From Candidatus Sericytochromatia bacterium S15B-MN24 CBMW_12 (GTDB taxonomy: Bacteria; Cyanobacteriota; Sericytochromatia; S15B-MN24; UBA4093), in the NCBI GenBank assembly GCA_002083825.1, contig DAZV01000014.1:1080-65079 (forward strand): a stretch of 64,000 nucleotides of DNA. The letters run 5' to 3'. This document shows, piece after piece, positions 9,738-20,132 of this stretch. The stretch's first letter is position 1. Every line of letters starts with the position of its first letter. The notes under the pieces are model-generated. The model was given only the letters and a program-made list of their open reading frames with translations. It had not been told where the DNA came from and searched no databases. A program made the translations under genes and the position numbers.

Positions 9738-10229
9738 ATGTCCAAAGATGCTTCGTTCGACATCGTCTCCAAGGTCGACATGGCCGAGGTGACGAACGCC
9801 GTCCACCAAACCAACAAGGAAATCGAGCAGCGCTTCGACCTCAAGGGGACCGGAGCCGAGATTCGCCAGGAGAAGGAGGCCCTGACCGCGGTCGCCCCCG
9901 ACGATCTCAAGCTCCGAAACATCATCGACGTCCTCGAGAGCAAGTTCATCAAGCGGAACATCTCGCTCAAGGCCCTGGACCTCGGCAGCGTCGAGTCGTC
10001 CCTGGGCGGCGCCGTCAAGCAGGTCATCACCCTCAAGCAGGGGATCGACCGCGACCACGCCAAGAAAATCAACGACCTGATCAAGGCCAGTAAGCTCAAG
10101 GTCCAGACCCAGGTCCAGGAAGATCAGCTCCGGGTCACCGCCAAGAGCCGGGACGACCTGCAGGCGATCATCCAGACCCTCAAGAATGCCGACCTGGACA
10201 TCGATCTCCAGTACATCAACTATCGCTAG
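9738..10229 (+). CDS. yajQ: YajQ family nucleotide/c-di-GMP-binding protein
   Basis: [47 protein letters not shown]. Confidence 0.93.
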   Translation: MSKDASFDIVSKVDMAEVTNAVHQTNKEIEQRFDLKGTGAEIRQEKEALTAVAPDDLKLRNIIDVLESKFIKRNISLKALDLGSVESSLGGAVKQVITLKQGIDRDHAKKINDLIKASKLKVQTQVQEDQLRVTAKSRDDLQAIIQTLKNADLDIDLQYINYR

Positions 10230-10238
10230 GAGGAGTCC

Positions 10239-10682
10239 ATGAAGGTCATCTTTACCCAGGACGTCAAGGGCACCGCCAAGGCCGGCGAAATCAAGGAAGT
10301 CTCCGAGGGCCACGGCCGCAACTTCCTGATTCCGCGCGGCATCGCCCTGGAGGCGAGCGCCGCCAACCTCAAGATCCTCGAGGACCGGAAGAAGTCCGAG
10401 GAGAAGAAGGCCGCCAAGCAAAAGGCAGAGGCCCAGGAGCTGGCCGATCGCCTGGAGGCCAAGACCATCACCCTCCGCGCCAAGTCCGGAGACGGCGGCA
10501 AGCTCTACGGGGCCATCACCGCCAAGGAAATCGCCCTGGAGACCAAGAAGCAAACCCAGCTCGAGATCGACAAGCGCAAGATCGACATGGAGCCCATCCG
10601 GTCCTTGGGTACCTATAACCTCACCGTCAAGATGCATCCCGAGGTGACGGCAAAGCTCAAGGTTCATGTGAGCGAGGAGTAG
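10239..10682 (+). CDS. rplI: 50S ribosomal protein L9
   Basis: [29 protein letters not shown]; GKLYGAIT. Confidence 0.96.
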   Translation: MKVIFTQDVKGTAKAGEIKEVSEGHGRNFLIPRGIALEASAANLKILEDRKKSEEKKAAKQKAEAQELADRLEAKTITLRAKSGDGGKLYGAITAKEIALETKKQTQLEIDKRKIDMEPIRSLGTYNLTVKMHPEVTAKLKVHVSEE

Positions 10683-10694
10683 GCCCCTAACCCC

Positions 10695-12047
10695 ATGAGT
10701 GAGCTCATCGAGCGGATTCCCCCGCAGGATATCGAGGCCGAGCAGTCCGTGCTCGGCGCCCTCCTGGTCTCTCCCGAGGCCATCGGCAAGGTCGCCGAAC
10801 TCCTGAGGCCCGAGCACTTCTACCGCCAGGCCCACGCCGCCATCTACAAGGTGGTCTGCGAGCTGGCGGAGCGCGGAGAGCCCATCGACCTCATCACCGT
10901 CTCTTCCTTGCTGCGCAGCAAAGAAGAGCTCGATGCCGTGGGCGGTTACTCCTACCTCATGGATCTCGCGGCCTCCATCCCGACGGCCGCCAACGTCGAG
11001 TACTACGCCAAGATCGTCGAGGGGAAGGGCACGCTTCGCTCGCTGATCGCCGGCGGCACCAAGATAGTCGAACTCGCCTTCGATCAAGAGCGCAAGATCG
11101 AGGATACGCTCGATCAGGCCGAGCAGATCATCTTCGAGGTCTCCCAGCAGCGCCGTCAGTCCCAGGATCTCACCCACATCAAGGACGTCCTGCAGAGCAC
11201 CTTCGAGACCATCGAGTACCGCTACGAGAACCAAGACAACGTCATGGGCTCGGCCACCGGGTTCTACGACCTCGACTACCTGACCTCGGGCCTCAACCCG
11301 AGCGACCTCATCATCGTCGCGGCGCGTCCGGCCATGGGGAAGACCTCGTTCGCGCTCAACTTGCTGCAGAGCGTCGCCAAGCTCAACGACAAGCCGAGCA
11401 TCATCTTCAGCCTGGAAATGGGCAAGGATCAGCTGGTCCAGCGCATGATCTGCTCGGAAGCCAAGATCGACGCGCACCGGATCAAGACGGGCTACCTCTC
11501 GGAAGGGGACTGGCCCCGCCTCACCGAGGCCATCGGGACCCTAGCGGAATCTCCGGTCTACATCGACGACACTCCCGCCATCACGGTCATGGAGATCCGC
11601 GGCAAGGCCCGCCGCCTCAAGGCCGTGACGAAGAAGGAACTGGGACTGATCGTCATCGACTACCTCCAGCTGATGAGCGGGGGATCGGGCTCCTCGGACG
11701 GCAACCGTCAACAGGAGATTTCGACGATTTCGCGATCGCTGAAGGCCCTGGCCCGCGAGCTGAGCGTCCCCATCATCGCGCTCTCGCAGCTCAGCCGCGC
11801 GGTCGAGTCCCGTACCGACAAGCGCCCCATGCTCAGCGACCTGCGCGAATCGGGAGCCATCGAGCAGGACGCCGACATCGTCATGTTCATCTACCGCGAC
11901 GATTACTACAACATGGAATCCCCCGAGAAGAACATCGCCGAAATCATCATCGCCAAGCACCGTAACGGGCCGGTCGGGAAGGTGAAGCTCTACTTCGAGA
12001 AGGAGCACACCCGCTTCGAGAACCTCACCTCCGCCCCCGCCGTCTAA
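10695..12047 (+). CDS. dnaB: Replicative DNA helicase
   Basis: PPQDIEAEQSVLG, AARPAMGKT, IDYLQL, LSQLSRAVE, SDLRESGAIEQDAD; no intein. Confidence 0.97.
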   Translation: MSELIERIPPQDIEAEQSVLGALLVSPEAIGKVAELLRPEHFYRQAHAAIYKVVCELAERGEPIDLITVSSLLRSKEELDAVGGYSYLMDLAASIPTAANVEYYAKIVEGKGTLRSLIAGGTKIVELAFDQERKIEDTLDQAEQIIFEVSQQRRQSQDLTHIKDVLQSTFETIEYRYENQDNVMGSATGFYDLDYLTSGLNPSDLIIVAARPAMGKTSFALNLLQSVAKLNDKPSIIFSLEMGKDQLVQRMICSEAKIDAHRIKTGYLSEGDWPRLTEAIGTLAESPVYIDDTPAITVMEIRGKARRLKAVTKKELGLIVIDYLQLMSGGSGSSDGNRQQEISTISRSLKALARELSVPIIALSQLSRAVESRTDKRPMLSDLRESGAIEQDADIVMFIYRDDYYNMESPEKNIAEIIIAKHRNGPVGKVKLYFEKEHTRFENLTSAPAV

Positions 12048-12089
12048 CCAGGCTGTTTCGAAGGAACTTACAGGAAAGAAGGTAGTACC

Positions 12090-13403
12090 GTGGCCAACGT
12101 CGCCGTCGTCGGCGCCCAGTGGGGCGACGAAGGTAAGGGCAAGATCACCGATTTGCTGGCCGAAGCCGCCGACGTCGTCGTCCGCTTCTCGGGCGGCAAC
12201 AACGCGGGCCACACGGTCACGGTCGGCGACATGGTCTACAAGCTGCACCTGGTCCCGTCGGGCATCCTCTATCCGGGCACGCTCTGCCTGGTGGGCAACG
12301 GGACGGTGATCGATCCGGGCTCCTTCGTCGCGGAGCTCGACAAGCTATCCGGTCAGGGTATCGACCTCTCGAACCTCAAGATAAGCGAGCTGGCTCATCT
12401 GATCATGCCGTATCACAAGGCGCTGGACAAGGCGGAGGAAGCCCGCCGCGCGCACAAGATCGGCACCACCGGCCGCGGCATCGGCCCAGCATACGGGGAC
12501 AAGGCGCTGCGCTACGGTTTCCGGCTGCTGGATCTGCGAGACGAGGCGTCTTTCCGCGATCGCCTGGCCGATAACCTCGCGCGCCAGAACGCCATCCTCG
12601 AGCAGGTCTACGGGGTGCCGAAGCTGGACCTCGAAACGGTCGCCCAGGAAGTGCTCGCCGCCTACCGACGGCTCGAACCCTACATCGCCGACACCGGCTT
12701 GATCCTGCATCGGGCCCTGACCGCCGGCCGGAAGATCCTCTTCGAAGGCGCCCAGGGCACCCTTCTCGATCTCGACATGGGCACCTATCCCTTCGTGACC
12801 TCCTCGTTTCCGGTAGCGGGCGGGGCGGCCATCGGCACGGGGGTTGGACCCTCGGCCATCGACCGGGTGCTGGGAATCACCAAGGCCTACACCACCCGGG
12901 TGGGAGAGGGGCCGTTCCCCGGCGAACTTCACGACGAGACCGGCGAGACGCTGAGGCGGGTGGGCAAGGAGTTCGGGACCACGACCGGCCGTCCCCGCCG
13001 CTGCGGCTTCTTCGACGCGGTGGCCGCCCGCCTGGCGGTTCGGGCCAACACCCTCGACTCCTTGGCCCTCATGAAGCTCGACGTGCTCGACGACTTCAGC
13101 GAGATTCCGGTGGTGGTCGCCTACAAGGTGGGCGATCGCCAAATCGACGAGTTCCCTCACGATCCGCTTCTGCTCGCGCGCTGCGAGCCGGTCTACGAGA
13201 CCCTTCCCGGCTGGAATCGCTCCACCAAGGAGGCGCGGAGCCTGGCGGATCTTCCCCCGGAGGCCTTGGCCTACGTGCGCCGAATCGAGGAGCTGGTGGG
13301 CGTCCCCATCGTCATCGTCTCGGTCGGGCCCGAGCGCGATGCGACCATCGTGACCGAGGACCTGCTCGCTGGACCCCGCAGGGTCTTGAGCCTCCGGAAC
13401 TGA
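12090..13403 (+). CDS. purA: Adenylosuccinate synthetase
   Basis: GAQWGDEGKGK, GGNNAGHT, EGAQG, TTTGRPRRCG. Confidence 0.97.
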   Translation: MANVAVVGAQWGDEGKGKITDLLAEAADVVVRFSGGNNAGHTVTVGDMVYKLHLVPSGILYPGTLCLVGNGTVIDPGSFVAELDKLSGQGIDLSNLKISELAHLIMPYHKALDKAEEARRAHKIGTTGRGIGPAYGDKALRYGFRLLDLRDEASFRDRLADNLARQNAILEQVYGVPKLDLETVAQEVLAAYRRLEPYIADTGLILHRALTAGRKILFEGAQGTLLDLDMGTYPFVTSSFPVAGGAAIGTGVGPSAIDRVLGITKAYTTRVGEGPFPGELHDETGETLRRVGKEFGTTTGRPRRCGFFDAVAARLAVRANTLDSLALMKLDVLDDFSEIPVVVAYKVGDRQIDEFPHDPLLLARCEPVYETLPGWNRSTKEARSLADLPPEALAYVRRIEELVGVPIVIVSVGPERDATIVTEDLLAGPRRVLSLRN

Positions 13404-13447
13404 CCCCCTCCGACGCGAGGGCCTGAAACGATTTGAGGAATGCCGGA

Positions 13448-14593
13448 ATGATCTACCTGGACTACGCTGCCACCACGCCGGTTCGCCCCGAGGTCATCCA
13501 TGCGATGACCGAGTCTCTCACCGAGAGCTGGGGCAACCCTTCGAGCAACCACCTGGCGGGACACGCGGCTCGCAAAGGCATGGATCGTGCCCGCCGTCAG
13601 GTTGGAGAGCTCGTCGGAGCCCCCCCGGAGTCGGTGATCTTCACCTCGGGCGGTACCGAGGCCGATAACCTCGCCATTCGCGGCGTCGCCCGTGCGCTCT
13701 CGGCCAAGGGCCGTCACCTGATCATCAGCAATATCGAGCACTCCGCCGTTCGCGTCACCTGCAAGATGCTCGCCGAGGACGGCTTCGAAACCACCGAGGT
13801 CCCCGTGGGGCCCAACGGCGTCCTCGATCCCCAGGCGGTAGCTCGGGCGATTCGCCCCGACACCATCCTGGTCTCGGTGATGCACGTCAACAACGAGATT
13901 GGCACGATCCAGCCGATCGCTGAGATTGCGGAACTCGCGCACGCGCGCGGCGTCTTGGTCCATACGGACGCCGTCCAGTCCGTCGGCAAGATCCCCGTCT
14001 CCCTGGAGGCCCTGGGCGTGGACCTGCTTTCCCTCTCGGCCCACAAGATCTACGGCCCCAAGGGGGTGGGAGCGTTGATCCGCCGCAAGGGCGTCCCGCT
14101 GTTCCCCATCCTCACCGGGGGCGGCCACGAACGCGGCTTTAGAGCGGGAACCGAGAACGTACCGGGAATCACGGGCTTCGGAGTGGCTGCGGAACTCGCC
14201 ATGCGCGAACTCCCCGCGCGCATGCGCCATGACGAGGAACTCGGCACCTTTCTGCTGGAGAGCGCCCTCGCGGCCCTACCCGGCTCCAAGCTCAACGGGG
14301 ATCCCGACCTTCGCTGGGCGGGCTGCGTGAGCCTTCGCATGCCGGGAGTGGACGGCGCCGATCTGCTCGCCACCCTCGACGCCGCGGGAGTGGCCATCTC
14401 GGCCGGATCGGCCTGCAAGGCCTTCAAGCAGGAGACCTCCCACGTGATCGCCGCGCTCAACCTTCCCAACGAGCAGGATTCAGGAACCTTGCGCCTGACT
14501 GTCGGTGCGCCCACCACCCGCGCTGAAATCCAAGAAGCCGTGAGCCTCATCGCCAAGGCGGTAGAGAGCTTGAGAGGCAAGGTTGCGCGCTAG
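13448..14593 (+). CDS. Cysteine desulfurase (IscS/NifS family)
   Basis: IYLDYAATTP, FTSGGTEADN, DAVQ, SAHKIYGPKG, SAGSAC. Confidence 0.92.
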   Translation: MIYLDYAATTPVRPEVIHAMTESLTESWGNPSSNHLAGHAARKGMDRARRQVGELVGAPPESVIFTSGGTEADNLAIRGVARALSAKGRHLIISNIEHSAVRVTCKMLAEDGFETTEVPVGPNGVLDPQAVARAIRPDTILVSVMHVNNEIGTIQPIAEIAELAHARGVLVHTDAVQSVGKIPVSLEALGVDLLSLSAHKIYGPKGVGALIRRKGVPLFPILTGGGHERGFRAGTENVPGITGFGVAAELAMRELPARMRHDEELGTFLLESALAALPGSKLNGDPDLRWAGCVSLRMPGVDGADLLATLDAAGVAISAGSACKAFKQETSHVIAALNLPNEQDSGTLRLTVGAPTTRAEIQEAVSLIAKAVESLRGKVAR

Positions 14594-14599
14594 GGCCGC

Positions 14600-14629
14600 T
14601 TTACAGCTCCTTGACTTGACCCTTATAAT
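14600..14629 (+). promoter_or_regulatory. Probable sigma70 promoter for the YtxH pair
   Basis: TTTACA-18 nt-TATAAT about 60 nt upstream of ATG 14689. Confidence 0.55.
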
Positions 14630-14688
14630 CGGAACGGGGCCGGTCTAGCTATCGGCCAGTCGGTACATGACAACGAGGAGGTTGTTCC

Positions 14689-15015
14689 ATGGAACGCAGA
14701 ACGTCAGGGCTCGAGGTGCTGGGAGGACTGGTGGTCGGCGCCGCTTTCGGCTTCGTCGCGGGGATGATCCTCGCTCCCCAGGCCGGCGGTCGCACCCGGG
14801 ATCAGCTCAACGATAACCTCTCGGATATCCGTCTTCGTACCAACGAAATGATGGACAACTTCAAGGGCAATACCGAAACCTTGCTCACGTCGACCCGCAG
14901 CACCATCGAAGAGAAGCTCACCCTCCTCAACGATGCCGTGGAAGCCGGTCGAAAGGCCGCCGCCTACCGCCGCGAAGAGCTGATCGAGGGCGAAGACACC
15001 ACCTCCCAGGTTTAA
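14689..15015 (+). CDS. YtxH-domain protein
   Basis: Hydrophobic GLVVGAAFG..AGMILAPQAG..TR motif followed by a helical region; GAGGAGG Shine-Dalgarno. Confidence 0.8.
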   Translation: MERRTSGLEVLGGLVVGAAFGFVAGMILAPQAGGRTRDQLNDNLSDIRLRTNEMMDNFKGNTETLLTSTRSTIEEKLTLLNDAVEAGRKAAAYRREELIEGEDTTSQV

Positions 15016-15026
15016 GGAGACCCCTC

Positions 15027-15308
15027 ATGTCCGTGCGTCGCAACCTCACCTTCTACGCCACCGCCCTCGTGGGCACCGCCCTGGGCACCGCCGCTGGCCT
15101 CCTGCTCGCCCCCAAGTCCGGCGAAGCCACCCGCAAACAAATCCGCCGCATGGCCGGTGAACTCAGCGAACAACTGCCCGTCACCCTCAGCGAACTCCAA
15201 CTTCGCGGCCGACAGGCCCTCGACCGTGCCCCCCGCCGCCTCACCCTCGGCCGGCGCAAAGGCGAAAAAGTCATCCAGCTCTACCGCGAAAACGAACGCG
15301 AAAGCTGA
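15027..15308 (+). CDS. YtxH-domain protein (second paralog)
   Basis: ALVGTALGTAAGLLLAPKSGEATR motif; AAGGAG Shine-Dalgarno. Confidence 0.8.
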   Translation: MSVRRNLTFYATALVGTALGTAAGLLLAPKSGEATRKQIRRMAGELSEQLPVTLSELQLRGRQALDRAPRRLTLGRRKGEKVIQLYRENERES

Positions 15309-15418
15309 TTTCCCCCCTTCATAGCGCTCTGGGCCCTGCCCCAGGGCGCTTTTCGCTGTAAAATAGTATCGACTCACCCACCCTCCCAAGTAGCCCCCGC
15401 ACCAGAAAGGAACCTGCC

Positions 15419-18010
15419 GTGACGCTCAGCGGTCATGAGATTCGCAACCAGTTCATCCAGTTCTTCAAGGAAAAGGGGCACACGCACCTGCCAAGCTCCA
15501 GCTTGGTCCCCAAGAAAGACCCCACCGTTCTCCTCACCACCGCCGGCATGCTCCAGTTCAAACCCATCTTCATGGGCATCGAGAAACCCGAAACCACCCG
15601 CGCCGTCACCGTCCAGAAGTGCTTCCGCACCTCCGACCTCGACAACGTCGGGCGTACCGCCCGCCACCACACCTTCTTCGAGATGCTCGGCAACTTCTCC
15701 TTCGGTGACTACTTCAAGGCCGAGGTGATTCCCTGGGCTTGGGAGTTCCTGACCGGCGTCCTCGCGCTACCCAAGGACAAGCTCTGGGTTTCCGTCTTCA
15801 CCACCGATGAAGAAGCCGCCGTCATCTGGAGAGAAAAGGTCGGAATCTCGCCGGATCGCATCGTCTATCTCGGCGAAGACTCCAACTTCTGGGCCGCCGG
15901 CCCCACCGGCCCCTGCGGCCCCTGCTCCGAGATCTACATCGACCTCGGCGTCGAACGCGGCTGCGGGTCGGAGACCTGCGCCGTCGGCTGCGACTGCGAC
16001 CGCTTCCTGGAGATCTGGAACCTGGTCTTCATGGAGTTCAACCGGGACGAAGAAGGCCGCCTCACGCCGCTTCCCGCCAAGAACATCGATACCGGCATGG
16101 GCCTCGAACGCATCGCCTCCATCATCCAGGGAGTCCCTTCGAACTACGAAACCGACCTGCTCAGGCCCCTGCTCGAGGCTGCCGCAAGCCTGGCTGGCAT
16201 CACCTACGGCGGGGGGGGAGAAAATGACGTCTCCCTCAAGCTGATCGCCGACCACGTCCGAGGCACGATCTTCCTGATCGGTGACGGCGTCGTCCCCTCC
16301 AACGAGGGGCGCGGTTACGTCCTGCGCCGCATCATGCGCCGCGCCATCCGTCACGGCAAGAAGATCGGCATCCAGCGCCCCTTCCTGGCCGAACTCGGCA
16401 AGCAGGTCATCGAGCAGTACGCCGATTACCCCGAGCTGCCCGCCCAGCGGCAATTCATCTTCCAGGTCCTGGCCGAGGAGGAGCGCCGCTTCAGCCAGAC
16501 CATCGATCGCGGCCAACAACTGCTGAATCAGGCGATCGCCACGTTCTCCCCCGCGACCGCCGACCGCGTCCTTCCCGGGGAAACCGCCTTCGAACTCTAC
16601 GACACCTACGGCTTCCCCTTCGAGCTGACCACGGAACTCTGCGGCGAGCAGGGCGTCCGGGTCGACGAGACCGGCTTCCACGCTTCCATGGAGGCCCAGC
16701 GCGATCGCGCCCGCTCGGCACGTGAGGCGTCGGGCGTCAGCTTCGCCGCAACCGAGCTCGCCAACAAGGGAGCGACCTCGTTCACGGGCTACGAACAGAC
16801 CGAAAGCGAAGCCACCGTCCTCGAAGTCTTCCAGGAGCCGTCGGGCAGGGTCGGCGTCCTTCTCGACGCCACCCCCTTCTACGCCGAATCGGGCGGCCAG
16901 CTTGGCGACGTCGGCTTGCTCGGCGATGCGCGCGTGGTCGACACCCAAAAGCAAGGTGACGCCATCATTCACCTCCTCGCCGACGGGGAAACGGCCCCCC
17001 AGGTGGGCGCCAAGCTTCATGCCGCGGTCGACCTGGCTCAACGACTGAACACCATGCGCCACCACACCGCGACTCACCTCCTCCACGCGGCCCTCAAGGA
17101 GGTGCTCGGTCCCAACGTCAACCAGGCCGGCTCCCTGGTGGGCCCCGTGGAACTGAGACTGGACTTCACCTTCCCCCGTCCCCTGACTCCCGAGGAAGTC
17201 ACCCGGGTGGAGGATCTCGTCAACGCGCAGATTCTCGCCAACCAGACGGTGACCCATCTCCAGATGAGCATGGCCGAAGCCCAGGCATCGGGCGCGATGG
17301 CCCTCTTCGGCGAAAAGTATGGCGAGACGGTCAGGGTGATCGACGTCCCCGGCTTCTCCAAGGAACTCTGCGGAGGCACCCACGTCCGCGCCACGGGAAC
17401 CATCGGCCTGTTCAAGGTCCTGCGCGAGGAAGGCATCGCGGCGGGCATCCGCCGCATCACCGCGGTCTCGGGACTGGCCGCTCTCAACTTGCTGCGCAAA
17501 CAAGCGGAAGTCCTGGCCGAAACCAGCCAGCTTCTCAAGACCGCACCCGAAGAATTGCCCGAGCGCATCGAACGCCTGCAGGCCAAGGTCAAGGCCGAGG
17601 AGGCCGAGGTCGCCATGCTTCGCGCCCGACTGGCCGTGAACGCCACCGAGTCCCTCCTGGGTAAGGCCCAGACGGTTGCGGGCAAGCAATTGATCGCCGA
17701 GCTGGCTCCCGGCCTTTCGGCGGGCGATCTCAAGAGCGCCGTCGAAAACCTCCGCGACAAGCTCCGAAGCGGCGTGGTCGTGCTGGGCTCCATCGAGGAC
17801 GGCAAGGTCTCGGTCCTGGCCGCAGCCAGCGACGACGCGGTCAAGGACGGCGCCAACGCCGGCAAGCTGATTCAGGCCGTCATGGCGTCCATCGGCGGCA
17901 AGGGGGGCGGAAAGCCCCAGATGGCCCAGGGGGGAGGCGGGGACGCCGCCAAGCTGCCCGAGGCGATTGCCAAGGTTTCCTTGACGCTGGCGCAACAACT
18001 GCCGGGCTAG
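15419..18010 (+). CDS. alaS: Alanyl-tRNA synthetase
   Basis: HHTFFEMLGNFSFGDYFK, GPCGPCSEI, IDTGMGLER, editing motifs HTATH and ELCGGTH, C-terminal GGKGGG. Confidence 0.97.
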   Translation: MTLSGHEIRNQFIQFFKEKGHTHLPSSSLVPKKDPTVLLTTAGMLQFKPIFMGIEKPETTRAVTVQKCFRTSDLDNVGRTARHHTFFEMLGNFSFGDYFKAEVIPWAWEFLTGVLALPKDKLWVSVFTTDEEAAVIWREKVGISPDRIVYLGEDSNFWAAGPTGPCGPCSEIYIDLGVERGCGSETCAVGCDCDRFLEIWNLVFMEFNRDEEGRLTPLPAKNIDTGMGLERIASIIQGVPSNYETDLLRPLLEAAASLAGITYGGGGENDVSLKLIADHVRGTIFLIGDGVVPSNEGRGYVLRRIMRRAIRHGKKIGIQRPFLAELGKQVIEQYADYPELPAQRQFIFQVLAEEERRFSQTIDRGQQLLNQAIATFSPATADRVLPGETAFELYDTYGFPFELTTELCGEQGVRVDETGFHASMEAQRDRARSAREASGVSFAATELANKGATSFTGYEQTESEATVLEVFQEPSGRVGVLLDATPFYAESGGQLGDVGLLGDARVVDTQKQGDAIIHLLADGETAPQVGAKLHAAVDLAQRLNTMRHHTATHLLHAALKEVLGPNVNQAGSLVGPVELRLDFTFPRPLTPEEVTRVEDLVNAQILANQTVTHLQMSMAEAQASGAMALFGEKYGETVRVIDVPGFSKELCGGTHVRATGTIGLFKVLREEGIAAGIRRITAVSGLAALNLLRKQAEVLAETSQLLKTAPEELPERIERLQAKVKAEEAEVAMLRARLAVNATESLLGKAQTVAGKQLIAELAPGLSAGDLKSAVENLRDKLRSGVVVLGSIEDGKVSVLAAASDDAVKDGANAGKLIQAVMASIGGKGGGKPQMAQGGGGDAAKLPEAIAKVSLTLAQQLPG

Positions 18011-18216
18011 CCGCATCCGGCCTAACCCTCCCTGTCCATCCGTACCCGCTACGGATCCGCGGTCCGGGCGCGCGCGGCGATCGCGCGCGGCCCGTCCCCG
18101 GGCGGGGTTCACCCTGTTCGCCGAAGGGGCTCAAAAAATTGCCTGCATGCTCCCTTCTCGGCGCGCTTGAAATCAAGCTAGCCTCTTGGTTGCGACGCGA
18201 TGCAGGAGGTAACGCC

Positions 18217-19185
18217 ATGGTCCGCCGTTTTCTCGGCTTCGCTCTCGGATCTCTGGCCCTCGTCGCCGTGCTGTTCGGCTGCGCGTCCCCCTCGCCGGCT
18301 GATCCCCCGCCCACCCCACTGCGTGCGGTGGGAATCGCTCCACCGCCGGCGAGCGGTTCGGCGAGTTCGAATGCCGAGGACGAGCGCTACGTGGCCTATA
18401 CCATGCTGGACCAAGGAGTCGGCGGGCTGTTCCTCTGGGATGAACTCACCCTCGATGTGACGCTCTTGAACGGAGCCCTCTCCGGGCTGAACGTCCTCGC
18501 CGATGTCAGCCTGCAACCGCGCGTCTTTGCCGGGGGCAAGAAACTGCTCTTCACCGTGGGAGCCAAGGCCTTTTTCTGGGACATGAAGACCGAAGAGCGA
18601 ACCACCCCGGTGACGGACGGCCGTGCGGCCCTGCTCGGCGGCCCGCAAGCGGTGGTGACGCCTGACGGCAAATGGATAGCCTACGTCTCCAAGCGCGAAA
18701 CGCTGGTGCTGAAGCGCGTCGATGGCCCGACCATCTCCAAGACCGTGGAACCGAGCCAGGTGGCCGCAGAGGGGGTCGTTCTTGATCTCGATATGACGGC
18801 TGACGGCACGTTGCTGATCCTCAACATCGACGGCCGCATCTTTCTATTCGACGTGCTGCTCCGTCAACTCGCCCTAATCACCCCGCTCGACGCCGAGGCG
18901 CTGGGCCGAAACGCCCACGAACTGCGGAAAGTCGCGGTGTCGCCATTGGGATCGGCTTTCGCCTCTTCTTGGAATACCGGCAGGGTGCTGCTCTTGGACC
19001 CGACGGGGCGGATCGTCGAAACGCTTCCCGTTCTCGGTGCCGACGGCGAGCGAATTGTCGACTTGTACTTCCTGAGCGAAAACGTCCTGATCCTGGAAAC
19101 CGAGTGTCGCGGAAACCTCCGGGTCTGGCGCTACGATCGCCTTACCGGGTTGCTGCGCGGCCTCGTCAGCAGCCTCATAGAGTGA
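18217..19185 (+). CDS. Hypothetical lipoprotein, probable beta-propeller (TolB-like repeats)
   Basis: Lipobox LFGC after a hydrophobic stretch; repeats TPDGKWIAY, TADGTLLI, SPLGSAF; AGGAGG Shine-Dalgarno before ATG 18217. Confidence 0.7.
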   Translation: MVRRFLGFALGSLALVAVLFGCASPSPADPPPTPLRAVGIAPPPASGSASSNAEDERYVAYTMLDQGVGGLFLWDELTLDVTLLNGALSGLNVLADVSLQPRVFAGGKKLLFTVGAKAFFWDMKTEERTTPVTDGRAALLGGPQAVVTPDGKWIAYVSKRETLVLKRVDGPTISKTVEPSQVAAEGVVLDLDMTADGTLLILNIDGRIFLFDVLLRQLALITPLDAEALGRNAHELRKVAVSPLGSAFASSWNTGRVLLLDPTGRIVETLPVLGADGERIVDLYFLSENVLILETECRGNLRVWRYDRLTGLLRGLVSSLIE

Positions 19186-19197
19186 AGCGAGCGGCGT

Positions 19198-20010
19198 TCA
19201 GGATTCGATGAGGCTGCGCACCGGATGGTGGGAAACCGAGGCCGCGAGCGATCCGAAGAGACGCGTGGCGTTCTGAGCGAAGGCTTCGGGAACACCGCTC
19301 ACCAGGAAATCATGCGCGGGCTGGGCGTCGGGTTCCGCGAGAATCTCGTGGCCCGCCAGGATCTCGCCGAGCGCCCTCACCGCTTCCTGGGCGGGGTCGA
19401 CCAGTTCGACGCGGGATCCGACGATGCTCTGGATGAGCTCCGAGATGATCGGATAGTGGGTGCAGCCCAGAACCAGGGCATCGAGTTCGACGTCGAGAAA
19501 CGGCGCGAGCGACTCGAAAACGATGGCGGCTGCGCGCTCGGAGGTCCAGTCACCGGATTCGATCATGGGGACGAGACGGGGACAGGCGATGGGGAAGATC
19601 TCGGCGTCGGGGCGGATGGACGCGATCGCCCGGGCATGCGCCCCGCTGGCGATGGTCGCCTCGGTGGCGATGATGCCGATGCGGGGGCCGCAACGGACCG
19701 CCGCGCGGGCGCCGGCTTCGATAAGCCCCAGGATGGGAACTGGACACTCGCCGTCGAGGACATGCAGGGCAACCGCGCTGGAGGTGTTACAGGCGACCAG
19801 GACGGCCTTGGCTCCCCGTTCGAGCAGGATGGCCAGGATCTCCCGGTTGAAGGCGATGAGATCCTCGACGGAACGGCCGCCGTAAGGGACCCGAGCCGTG
19901 TCCCCGAAGTAAAGCACGGCTTCGCGAGGAAGCTGCCGGAAGACCTCGCGGACGACCGAAAGGCCGCCTAGACCAGAGTCATAGAGCCCGATGGGGCTTG
20001 CTGAATTCAA
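19198..20010 (-). CDS. murI: Glutamate racemase
   Basis: DSGLGGLSV, DTARVPYG, ACNTSS, LGCTHYP; probable TTG start at 20010 with GAGGA upstream. Confidence 0.95.
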   Translation of the reverse strand: MNSASPIGLYDSGLGGLSVVREVFRQLPREAVLYFGDTARVPYGGRSVEDLIAFNREILAILLERGAKAVLVACNTSSAVALHVLDGECPVPILGLIEAGARAAVRCGPRIGIIATEATIASGAHARAIASIRPDAEIFPIACPRLVPMIESGDWTSERAAAIVFESLAPFLDVELDALVLGCTHYPIISELIQSIVGSRVELVDPAQEAVRALGEILAGHEILAEPDAQPAHDFLVSGVPEAFAQNATRLFGSLAASVSHHPVRSLIES

Positions 20011-20103
20011 TCGAACGTCCTCATGACAACGTCGCACCGTGACTTTGCTAGTTTATCACCCCTCGATTCAGCCCGCCAAGGCCAATTGGCCGCCTGCTTC
20101 AAC

Positions 20104-20132
20104 TTGCCAGCCCGCCGGATTTCCTTTACCAT
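20104..20132 (+). promoter_or_regulatory. sigma70-type promoter for the degenerate-GGDEF/holB operon
   Basis: TTGCCA-17 nt-TACCAT. Confidence 0.6.

Noticed and set aside
10695-12047. Intein in dnaB
   Set aside because: Normal 450-aa length with contiguous motifs
15767-18112. Long antisense or alternate-frame ORFs (e.g. 781 aa opposite alaS, 611 aa opposite yajQ-dnaB, 495 aa opposite the 44473 lipoprotein)
   Set aside because: Shadow ORFs typical of high-GC3 coding DNA; they overlap better-supported genes and show no recognisable motifs
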